A DNA stretch of 64,000 nucleotides from Anthoceros angustus (lineage: Eukaryota > Plantae > Anthocerotophyta), in contig VJWM01000178.1 in NCBI GenBank assembly GCA_010909165.1, positions 372,001 to 436,000 on the forward strand, in the 5' to 3' direction. The notes beneath the pieces were generated by a model. That model was not told where the DNA came from and made no database searches. It was given only the letters and a program-made list of their open reading frames with translations. Positions within the stretch are counted from its first letter, which is position 1. The number at the start of each line of letters is the position of its first letter. Positions 41,206 through 52,067 of this stretch are shown here, in pieces. The translations under genes and the position numbers were made by a program.

Positions 41206-43539
41206 GAAGATTAACAACAATGGCATTTATGTCCACAACAAACAAGCAAATTTTGTTTTAAGTCCACTAGTCCACTGAGGGCACACATGCTCCCCATGGG
41301 ACTCCGTTGTCGGGCAATTTGCTCCATGGAGTAAACTACAGTAGGTTACTAGCACCAAAAGCATTCCTCTCTAAGTACCCCATCCAGATCCACCTTGTGG
41401 TGTAAACCCCTTAACTACAACTTTCTTAAGGTGGGTACACTGCAAGTGACAAGTAGAATGTGTCCATTTGGACACACATACTAATGTACACCACTCTATC
41501 GGGAACAAGTTTAGCTTACAAAGAAAATTGGAAACTTATGAATACCGCAGGAGCCAATGGACAAAAATTAATTAATTATATCAAGTGCCAAATTTTTAAA
41601 AAATATTGAAATGAATGGCTGAAAACTAAAAAATGCAGAATGGTAAGTGCCGAAAACATGCTGGTGTGCACCCACCAAGAGGGTCGTGTAATACAAGTGT
41701 GATGAAGAAGAGGAGGATTCCACAATGAAGTTGCAGCTCCAATTCTTGCACACATCTCTTAGGGTGTCGCTTAGGGTGGGGGGTCGTGGGATTGACAATA
41801 TTTTGCTTCATGGTCACGTATGAAAAATGTGGCGAATTGGAAGATGCTGAATATTTGACTTCTTGGCCACAACAATGTGGTAACACACCCCTTATAGGTA
41901 CCTGGTTATGCACATTATGGGCTCGACTGATGCTACCTTCTGATGGCTAGTGCAACTGCATGTGCTTTACAAAAGGCCAAGCAGCTGCACTCACATATTG
42001 TGAAAGGGGACATACGTAAAACATGCTTGTGGGCACTTTGCCTAAGCTATTTGCGTTCAATTGTCTTAATGATACTTTAGACAGCGTCGCCGTGATGGTT
42101 GGGTGTTTATGCGAGACATCATATTCAACCTTCCAGGATTTGAAGCCTTTGTTGAATCTGCTGGTAGCAAGACTTGGCTGCTATAGACTCATGGCAGTGT
42201 GGCCGTAATGGTTGGGTCTTTTGCGAGACTTTTGTATGCTCTTGTCGCATGGTAGTTGATGCTGCTTCACAAACTAATGATTCCACGCGCGAATGGCTTT
42301 GATGTTGGATCGTTCAGAACTTCTTGTAGGAATATGTGTTGATGGCTACACGGCTACTATACATATTTACTAATCACTGCTCTCAAACTCGTGCTAGTAT
42401 ATACTATTGTAGGGAGCATTTTGTGGTTTAGAAACATATATATGGATGATTCACATGATAGTATTTCTGAGAGCACTTGGTTGTTTAGGAGCATTTTGTG
42501 GATAATTACATGGCCACATTGTTCCAAGGGAGCACTTACTCAGTGAAAAGAATGCCAACTCTATTTTTCAAGTTCTAGCTATCGACTCTATGATGGGAAG
42601 GTCGTTGTAGTCTTTGGTTGGATGAAATACTTGCTCGATGATGTGAGGGTTACTGTAGTCTTCGGCTTGATGAATACTTGGGCCATGATGTGAAGGTCTT
42701 TCGCTTGATGAATACTTGTATGGTGGCGATTATATAAACATGATAATTTTTGAAGGGGGGGAATATAGTAACCCCCTTCGGTTGAGACAGCACCCCCTTG
42801 TCACGATGTACACCCTTCCCCGCACAAAGATATCGCCTCTACTTTGATAATGCGCACACCCTTTCTGAGCCCATACCTTTGATAAAAGACGCACTTTCAA
42901 GACTACACTCCAGAACTAGAGCATAGTAGGGCCACACTGTGGGCCTGTCTGCGTTTTTGTAGAATGCATAGAGGGCTGCCATTTTCATATGTTTATTACA
43001 ACCGAAAACTTTTACTTTCAAGTGGTGGAACACAATTAAAACAATCCTGTATTAACGGGAGTCTTATTTCAGTGGTCGTGAGAACATTTCAACAAACAAC
43101 TGCTAAAGGAGGAAGTGGTCATCACCATCGACAATAGTCATTCAAGAGTGCGGCCGAGCGACTCGTCTATGCCTTGCGCCGATACTGAGTCAAGGACCAC
43201 CACCAAATTCCGAAGGCGGTCCATATCCTCTGCGTCAAATCTGTCATTCTCCTCCAATGCTTGCTCGTATTCATTAGTATAATTCTTGGGCTGAGCTTCG
43301 GATGGTGTCGATTGCCACACAACATTTAAGGTATGCTGATCCTCATCCAAATGCTCGTCAATCGTGGTCTTCAACCTTCTGGCACTCAATGCAACCACTT
43401 GGGCTTTAAGGCAATGCCAGCGAATATTGATTTTCTTAAAGACAGCCTATGAGGAGCTCCCTATGCCCGCCGGCGCCCATGGGTAGGGCATGGTGTGTTG
43501 GGGGGGGGAGGGGGGCCCGGCCGGCCGGCGCCCTCCCTT

Positions 43540-45750
43540 AGCACTATCCTACGTTTGTGGTTTGGGCGTACATGTATTCTCCAAAACACCGGTTAGTTTG
43601 GGAAGCGTGAAAGCTTCCTTCCGTGTAAGCACTATTGAAAACCTCGCAAACATCTGGTCAACCTGGTCATGTATATGGCCAACCAGGAGGAACCCTATCT
43701 TTACCTTCTGGAAAGCCTTTAGCTCCACTAACATATGCAGATAAGCGAATAGCAGTGCATTCTTTTTCTCCCGTGCAGTATTGTTGAGTTGAAGATAGAG
43801 GACCTTTGGGAGAAGTCCCTCGTAATTCGAAATGACATGTTGAATATTGGCTATAGTTAGGTTTGCATCATTCCGGATGTTCCCATATGCTATGAATAGC
43901 TTCGCCGAAATCGTGTAGTCGTAAACCATGATGTGGTTGTCGATAAAACCCATATTTGAACCCATGACGTGGATGTCGATAAAACCCATATCTGAAAGGT
44001 CCTTCGATAGACTCGTAAAGTGGGGAAGTTGTGTCTTATGCTAATCCATCCCGTCTATAGATATACCGATATACTTCGCCGGATCCCCAGAGCATTTCAC
44101 ACGATGCTTGACATATTTTTTTCTTTCATACTTCAGCAACTGCCTGTGCCGTCTTAGATCAGATTCAAATCCTTCTGCAAACAAATCATAGAAAATACAT
44201 TGTTAAACGTTCTAACCCATCGCTGTGGTGCGCCGGCCGCCTCCCTTAGCACTATCCCACGCTTGTGGTTTGGGCGCATGTATTCTCCAAAACACGGTTA
44301 GTTTGGGAAGCGTGAAAGCTTCCTTCCGCCTAATGATTTGTTCACATCTTCCAATTTACTATCTCAAACAATCAATTCAGCCCTCGGAGCATTTAACCTA
44401 GGTTCTGGCAAGATCTTAGCATAAAGTGTCTCTCTTAAGATCTTTGTGTAACCGCATGTCCTATTCCGCACAATAACTCCAACATGATGGTGTACTATAG
44501 ATATTCAATTTTTTTGGAACTCACAAAGTGCGTTCTGATTTTCTTGAATGAAATAAGCAGCCATGATACTTTTCTGCAGCCAATCATCACTAGGGGAAAA
44601 AGTAGCCTCCGAGGACCTGTCGAGCATCACATCTGCAAGAAGTATGCCGACTTTTCGGTTCAAAGACTTGGAGTCCATGTAATTCAGTTCGTTGAGGTGT
44701 GACAATTTCAAAGCCATATTTGTTGTTCGTTGCATCAAATTTAATAAGTCCCGCTGCTTTTTATTCTCTTTCTTCAGGAGCTCAATAGTGAGTCTGGCAG
44801 ATAAACCAAAAACTTGAATTAGAAACTAGGAAACATGTGCAAGGGGCTACATAAACATATGAACCCAAGCATTAACCTTTCCGATGCATTTTCATTGTGA
44901 ACTTTTGCATTTGTGTTGGTGTGAAGAAGAGTCTCTCCAGCCTCTCTTGACCTCTTGATAGTTGTTGGGCCTTGAAATCCCCTAGCATCAGACCACAGAG
45001 ATGGAAATTTAGTCGACAAAATTGAAAACTTCTCGGAAAACGGGGAGAGACAAAAACTCAGAGGTCTTAAACTAACCGCTTCTTTGTGCCAATACAGTTC
45101 CTTCTGGCCTTAAAGGCAGCTCGATCCTCAATTGGCTTTGGTTGCTGCGCCGCAATTGCTTCCATGTGAGACTTCGACCTCATCTCGTAATAGGCTACCT
45201 TCTCAAACGTCCAATTAGGCATCTCATTGTCCTTCTCTTGTTTTTGTCTTGGAGCTAAAACTCTTGTGTCCTCTTCGCTCCCATCCTCCGTGGTGCGCTG
45301 ACCGCACACAGTGTGCCTTGGTCGGCGCATCTTTGTGTGCTTCTTCAACATGGGGGGCTTATTCAGTGGGATCCCAAAGACCTACAAATTACGCATTACA
45401 AGCACATCAAAAACACATCTCACCTTGTTTTTCTCTATTCGTCTCCGACATTATATTTCGTTTGAGATAATCGCAGGTTGTGCACAAGGCAAACCGATTA
45501 CTCTTTGGAATTTTGACCTTGTTGAAGTGCGTGGCCCAAAGTTGACAAAAGTACCAATGCGAAATGTTGTACTGCAGCGCTCGCTGCATATGGTGCTTGT
45601 ATTCTTGAAAGACCTCGCCTTTTGTGTACGAGTCAAGAAGGTGATACACTTCAATGTTTGGCATTCTCTCGGCAATTAGCATGAACACTTGGTTCATCCA
45701 CGCTAGAGCTGTTGATTCGGCCGCCTTTCGTACCGACGAAGGGCAGACCA
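43540..45750 (-). mobile_element. Degenerate DNA-transposon transposase, Sola-like (DUF7869-like) DDD type
   Basis: WATHFNKVKIPKSNRFALCTTC (CxxC), ISIDGMD*HKTQLPHF, LPKVLYLQLNNTAREKKN, FLLVGHIHDQVDQMF. Broken by stops, rearrangements and an internal ~110-bp duplication (43512-43623 vs 44232-44328). Confidence 0.65.
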
Positions 45751-45779
45751 CGCAATGTTCCCAAGGGCTCTCTCTTTCG

Positions 45780-45950
45780 CTTGTTCGTACCGGCTCCTTT
45801 GCTATGACAAGCTGGTGATGGCAGGCATCCAACGTAATGAAGTCACCTTCCTTTCACTTCTATCTGCCTGCAGTCATGCTGGCCAATTGTGGGAAGGTGT
45901 GAAGTGCTTCAAATCCATGGACAGATATCAGGGGATAGCTCCCAAAGCTG
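45780..45950 (+). pseudogene. PPR P2/L2 motif fragment
   Basis: AGIQRNEVTFLSLLSACSHAGQLWEGVKCFKSMDRYQGIAP. Confidence 0.8.
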
Positions 45951-45977
45951 CGCTGCTTGTGTGTTACCAAAAATTTG

Positions 45978-46330
45978 TCAATGCCGATCCCCACAGGAAC
46001 AAGAGCTATCGAGGAACCGATGCATTTGATGCGCATCTCTGACTATATTCTGTCCCTGCTCAAGCCGTGAATTAATGACCTTGGTGCTACTATTGCAATC
46101 ATTGCACATACGAACATTTTTAGTGACACGCCAAGTTGTGCCATCTGGTATATTGAGCACACCATACGCGAAGGCCAGTTTCTCAGCATGTCCACAGAGG
46201 GCATCTTCCTTCTCCTTCTCAGACACTGCCTTGAGCACCAACTCAATTTGTGGCACATGACCTCCTTCCTCCATCAACCTTGTTCACACTTGTCGGCTTT
46301 GATAAAATGTCGGACCTCTCTTCCCCTATG
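45978..46330 (-). pseudogene. Orphan DYW-like deaminase domain of the DYW:KP 'DRH' type
   Basis: GHVPQIELVL..EKEKEDALCGHAEKLAFAYG...KNVRMCNDC...IVRDAHQMHRF..SCSCGDRH*. No upstream PPR array is in frame. Confidence 0.85.
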
Positions 46331-47057
46331 TACCTGAGACCAGCTTAGAAAAAAAATTGAGACAGCCAATAATCAAGTGCCTGATACCAGGATTTTTCTA
46401 TCACGGATGAGCCAGTTCAAATTAGACAGAAACCCGAAATGAATACCCCCGTAGACAAAACCCTTCTCATGCAACTGCTTGACCATTCCAAGCTGAACCT
46501 GATCACGATACTCCTGCACTCATCATTGTATTTGTCGATACCCATAGCACGTCCGACATAGGGTTTAGGCACCATGATAAATGATGGGCCTGGATGGCCC
46601 ATCCCTAAACCCTGAACCGGGTCATAAACGCCGCCCCGATGCGGCCAAGGCAAGCTTTCTGGTTCGGAGGAGAGAGAGTAAGTGATGGGCAAGACCACAT
46701 CAGCTTTCAGACAACCCAGCTTCAAACCCCGGACGAGCTCTAGTGACCAGCCAAAGTATTGATATATCTACCTAACAACAAAAGAAAATCGAAGTAATGC
46801 TCCTACTTACCTCCACTACGTGGCCAGGAATTACCCGTCATTCACACTCAGGTAAAACGAGTCACGGGCAACCCCACGGCAGGCTGTCGGTTATTCAGGC
46901 GTGACATCACTTGGTTTCGAGGCCTTTATACATTTGAGGGGCCTCGTCTGGCACTTGCACCGACAGCACTATCCAGTGCTCCCGCGTTTTCGCCTGCCAA
47001 CCTTTCTGCTTTTCAAGAACGGCTTCTGCAAGCATCAGCTTCACGCTCCGGCGCGTC

Positions 47058-47652
47058 ATGGCGATCCCGTCTGCTCTTCAACTCGCCTTGGTTCTGTTCT
47101 TCTCAGCCACGCTTGTCAGTGCAGGCAGTACTGCATCCAATTGCACTTCTGATGTCGTCGACCTTGTAAGATCCAAATCAACTGACCGAGATCTGTCGAT
47201 TTGCGTTTGAGAAATTTGGCTTCGCTTCTCGATTTCTCATCGTGAGTTTTGTTTTCGTTGTTCATCGCCAGCTCCAGTGCGGTGGCCAATCCCCGTGGTT
47301 CTTCGGAAACCCGATGTGCTGCTCTGCACCTGAATTTTCATACCTGCCGAACGCATCGTATTGCGTCGATCTGAATGAGGATCCTGACTTTTGCGGAGCT
47401 TGCAACCTCCGCTGCAGCGAGTACGAGCTATGCTGTCAGGGTTTATGCACCAACGTATATCAAGATGTGGCGAACTGCGGCCTTTGTGGCTACTCTTGTC
47501 CGGCGGGATACCAGTGCATTCCTCTCCATTACAACTCGAATAACAACACGTATAGCGCTAGCCCGGGGACATCGAATGACAACGACGACGCCGGATTTCC
47601 TGATTGCGTGTCTCCGGAAGGCATAGCACAGTTTGACGATTCTACGGCCTGA
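47058..47652 (+). CDS. STIG1-like secreted cysteine-rich protein, copy 2 (intact, 2 exons)
   Basis: Signal peptide MAIPSALQLALVLFFSATLVSA, intron 47166-47271, then LQCGGQSPWFFGNPMCC...CVDLNEDPDFCGACNLRC..CCQGLCTNVYQDVANCGLCGYSC, matching STIG1 Cys spacing. Confidence 0.85.
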
Positions 47653-48193
47653 TCTTCTCTTTCCAGGGATACTGATACGTTGAAGTCGTCAATCAGGCCT
47701 ATGACCACTGCAGTACTTCTTAGCAGCGGCTAGGGACGTCCCTGCAACATTGATCTGTGACCACGAATGGTGCATTCTCTCTGAAACGAGCATTGTGATG
47801 GTCATTTCAGTTTCTTGAATCATTCCAGATGGATCCGGCCTCGCACTCTTTCAATAATCTTTTCACTGTCTCTTGCTCACTTCGAGCTCAGGCCTTCAAG
47901 ACCAGACATCACATTCCCCCAAGTTTGATCATTTCAACTGTATTTAGAACTACTACTTAGCTGGTTCATCTGGTTATCTGTAGGGTTGTCCAACTTTGAA
48001 ATAATTGAGGTGTTCATGCTCAATACATCATTGTTCCGAAGATTAGAGCTGCCAATGTCTGCCATCCCATGTTTGTTAAATTACCTCAACTGAACTGTCT
48101 CACGCAAAGCCGGAGTCCACTGTTCACCTTTGCTTTCAATCTCCGCCTTTACGATCTCTGCTCTTCACCCTGTCATCAATGATGATGCTGTTT

Positions 48194-48382
48194 CAGAAGC
48201 TTCAGATCAACCAGCTAAGTAGCTGAAAAGAACAGAATCAAGGCGAGCTTAAGAGCAATCCAAGAACGCTTCTGCAAGGTTGAGCTTCACGCTTCAGCGG
48301 CGTCATGGCGATCACCTTGGCCCTTAACCTCGCCTTGGTTCTGTTCTTTTCAACTACTTAGTTAGTTGATCTGAGGCTTCTG
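48194..48382. repeat. 60-bp inverted repeat (hairpin) derived from STIG1-like exon 1
   Basis: Arms 48194-48253 and 48323-48382 pair with 3 mismatches and 3 G:U. A disrupted paralogue lies at ~37314-37566. Confidence 0.85.
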
Positions 48383-48823
48383 GTTTTGAAGAACGTTACA
48401 CAACGTGAGTGACGACATTTGCTTTGACCTTGGGCCTTGGTTTTTCCATCATAAAAAACTCAGGGGTGTTGGGAGGGAAGCCACTGAAGGAATAGTTTCT
48501 CATCTCTTTGCACAAGACCGTAGTTCAAAGGTGTTGAGAAGGGAGCCAGCGTAGATTCATGTGACTTGCTGCTGCGTCACATTACATATGCGTGTGTAAT
48601 CACCCTATCCACTGTGGCGTTGGCTGGCGTTGCCTCGAGTCTAGGCAGATGGATGGCTTGGGTGAATGCGCTTCGCTCAAGATGTTTGGGCGTCTGTGAC
48701 TGGACGGACTTCCCTTCGAAATCTTTACGATTTCATGAACTGCCAGTGGTTACACTGTCTGCTCTGGGGTAAGGAACCGGAGTGAGAGATAATGACTGTC
48801 ACACCAATGGCGAATCGAGGTCT

Positions 48824-49937
48824 TCATTTCTTGACATACGCGTAATATTGGGCCATGGGGACGATGAAGGCAATGACCAAGAGGCCACCAACAACTATTG
48901 TAAACTGTCCCCGCTTTTCGTCAGTTTCTTCCTTGGTTTTGAAGTTGGATTCCCTCTTGTTGTCCTGGAAGGTTGGGCCTCCGGGGTCTGGCAGACCGTC
49001 AATCGCTGCCACCAGACGTTTGGCAGTACTGTACAGGGCCTCGTTGTACTTCTCGTCAGTAGCCAGCACTGCATAATGACAAGAAAATGAGGGTGGCATG
49101 AGGGACTAGTAACGTTTCTCAGACACAGCAACTGAGAGCTGGAGGGTCGGCAGCAAGCTTAAGGCGGCCAGGCCCGCTCAATGTTGTTACCTGGCAAGTT
49201 CTCGGAAACCACTGCCTCCAAAACAGAGTCACCAGCCGCACCCGTGAAGGCTGGCCCCCCGGTGACAGCACCTTCCTTCTGGGTTGTGACCAGCAACACG
49301 ATTCCCTTATTGTTGCCCTCCTCTAGAGTTGGATACCACTTCTCCAATACTTGGTCCGCAAATTCAAAGGCGTCTGCCTTGCTCTGTAGGAGATGAGCGG
49401 AGGAATTAGAGCAGAGCAGGAAAAAGATGAATGGCGATACTATTTCAAGCAGTATCAAAGAGGAGGAGTTCGAACCGTGAGCTTGCGGAGGGTGATGAAG
49501 TTGATGTGGTAACCTTTGCGCTCCTCCAGGTCGGTGAGGAGCCTCTTGAGGTCGGATTTGGTCACCCGGTTGAGCACGCCGGCATCGTCAAAAATGTAAG
49601 TGGGAGGAGGCCCCTCGTTCAGCACATTGAATTCGCTGGCATTGGCCACCGGAGACTGCAGCGGGGATAGCTGCAAGGCCGCTGACAAGGCTAGGGCCGC
49701 GAGGGCATTACCCGCAGAAGCCAGCCGGTCGGAAAGGGCGCCCGCGCGCACAGACGTTGACGAGCGAGCAGTGAGCTTGAGAGAAGAAGAGGAGGTCGAG
49801 GAGGAGCAGCGCTCGCCCCACACAAGCGACGTGAGCTGCTGCTGCTGCTGCTGCTGCGCCGGAAGTTGAACCTGCTGAGGGTGCGGCAGCATCGAAGCCC
49901 GGCCAACGGTTTCCGCTATCGCCATCGCCATCGCCAT
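48824..49937 (-). CDS. TLP18.3: Thylakoid lumen protein TLP18.3 / Psb32-like (TPM domain), 3 exons
   Basis: Bipartite transit peptide ending ANA|SEFNVLNEGPP, DDAGVLNRVTKSDLK, INFITLRKLT|SKADAFEFADQVLEKWYP, DGLPDPGGPTF and a C-terminal TM segment VVGGLLVIAFIVPMAQYYAY. Confidence 0.95.
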
Positions 49938-50247
49938 GCCTTGAAGAACCAAACAGCAGAACACTTGCCTATTGCAAAAAGGAAGATATGCAAGAGAGCG
50001 TCCAACCTTAGCTTCCCCTCCACAGATCCACCAGAGCCAACCACGTCGGCATCACATAATCGCGGCACATCTGCTCTCCTCATCCAATCCAGTACTACCT
50101 ACTTTAGTGCAGGTAAGCAAAAGCGTAAAAAGTCCGCCATGAAAAACCAACACGTCAAAAAAGGCATTACCTAAGCCATTTCTTGGGCTGTTTTCATGCA
50201 GTTGGAAGAGGCGTATGTTCATTGTGCGTGGGAACAAGTTGCGGATC

Positions 50248-52045
50248 TCAGGTCCCAGGGTCACCACGGATGGATATAGGAAACCCGCTTTTCTGCAAAG
50301 GGCCACAAATGGCCCTAGCCAGCAGCCTATCTAAGTGTTGTAGAGTTGATGCCTCATCCAACAGTATCAAAGTCGAATGCAGGACCAGCACGTCTGCTCC
50401 CTTCAACTGGGAAAAGGCACCAGGATCTCTCATGTAGTCCTGGTTCAAACGGCCAAAACAGCGTGAGCAGGAGTTACACCAATACGTCCAGCAAGAGGAG
50501 TAGCTGCACACTTAAAGCAAGGAGAGGCAGCAGCAGTAGGCTCGCTGCTTACTTTTTCGGTTATGACAAGCAAGACCTTTTCCGGGAACTCCTGCTGCAA
50601 CTCCAAGATCTTTGCCTCTAACAAACTAATGTCCTGAGCAGGCAGAAGAGAAAGCTTTGAGCAAAATCATTGACGTGGCGGCAGATATGGAAATACTACA
50701 AACAAAATAGTGTTCAACTAACCTTCGATGTGAAGTGATGGTGGTCACTGAACATCATGTCCGCAACATGCAGAGGTCCCAGCTGCCACCACAAGGCGAG
50801 ACAAGCTATAAGGACGAGAACAGAAAGACAAAAAGAAAAAAGACAGTAAACCTCCTGGCCGACAGGATAATCTAACCTGCTTCACCACCAGTGACAAGGA
50901 CTCGGGACAGCCCACCCCAGAAACGCAAAGCACAACCTTGCCCTTCACCTTGCTCAAAGGCACAGTCAGGCTGTCCCCTACGTGAGCATCAGGCATTCTG
51001 CTCAAGTGCAAAGGAGCCATCCGTGAGTGCAAGCAGAGCGCATTGGCCTTCACCATCGACCTCAACCTAACCAACCGGGAGGATGGCACCTGCACAACCA
51101 TGGCCGAGTCCCTACAGATATTCCTCTCACCCAAGCCTTAATCTCAGACCTGTCCAACCTGTTTACAAACGCTTCTCACCAAGTCTGCATGATGAATGAC
51201 GACAACATCCGCCCTTCTCAACTCCTCCACAGGTTCTCTCAGAGGGCCTCGGGGCAACAACTTGCCATTCCCCCACCCAGTTAGCGCATTCACCATCACA
51301 ACCTCAAGGTCCTTCACCAACCCCCATTGCTGGACAACAGACGATACACCAATCAAACGAAGCCCCAGAAGAACCATAACGTGCTCCAGAGACAACACCT
51401 GATTCACACAAACTCTACCTGCATACCGTCATCCAGAATCACAACACCAATTCCGTGCATAGCCGAGCTTTCCATCGCTCCCTGAGGCGACACTTGGATA
51501 CCGCTCGCCCGCCTCCGGAGCTCCTCAGGGCCAACAACACCTCGCTCCCGCAGGAACCGCGCGGCCACACTCGCTCGATCAGCGCCACACCCGACATCCG
51601 CACGCGGCCGCAAATGCCTGGCAAGAAGGCGGACCTCGTCTCCTCCGCCATATCCCTGCACCCAGCTGCACACAATCAATGCATGAGCCCGAGCTCCAAT
51701 TGCAAAGCACCAGAACCCGCGGCAACACGGAATGCTCACCCGGCTAAGCACCAGGGGCCGGATTCCCGCTGCAATGCAGGCGCGGGCCAAAAACTCCGCC
51801 ATGGGCGTCTTCCCGGTTCCGCCCCAAGTGAGATTGCCCACGCTCAGGACCGCGACTGGCAGGCGGCGCTGGCGCAGCACTCGCCATCGGTACAGCACCA
51901 GGCGCAGGCGCAGCAAGCAGGAGTACACCAGAGACGCAGCGGAGAGCACCGGCTTCAGACTCCGCTCCAGCAGCGGCGCGGGCAGGGCCCGATCGTGGAC
52001 GCTGTCGGCCGACAGCCGCACCACCGCCTGCTTCACCCTCTCCAT
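50248..52045 (-). CDS. LPXK: Tetraacyldisaccharide 4'-kinase (lipid A pathway), multi-exon
   Basis: LPVAVLSVGNLTWGGTGKTPM (Walker A), LVLSR|GYGGGDE, VVILDDGMQ|, LEVVMVN..GWGNGKLLPRGPLREP..LRRADVVVIHH, LCVSGVGCPES, FSDHHHF. Confidence 0.92.
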
Positions 52046-52067
52046 CACGCCATAGCCGCCTTCATTC

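Larger units (their letters stand above)
46740..49163. repeat. Segmental duplication copy B (the more intact copy)
   Basis: Aligns to 35905-38390 and ends inside TLP18.3 intron 2. Confidence 0.9.

Noticed and set aside
50248-52045. LpxK as bacterial contamination or recent HGT
   Set aside because: It has spliceosomal introns, and nuclear lipid-A pathway genes are established in land plants.
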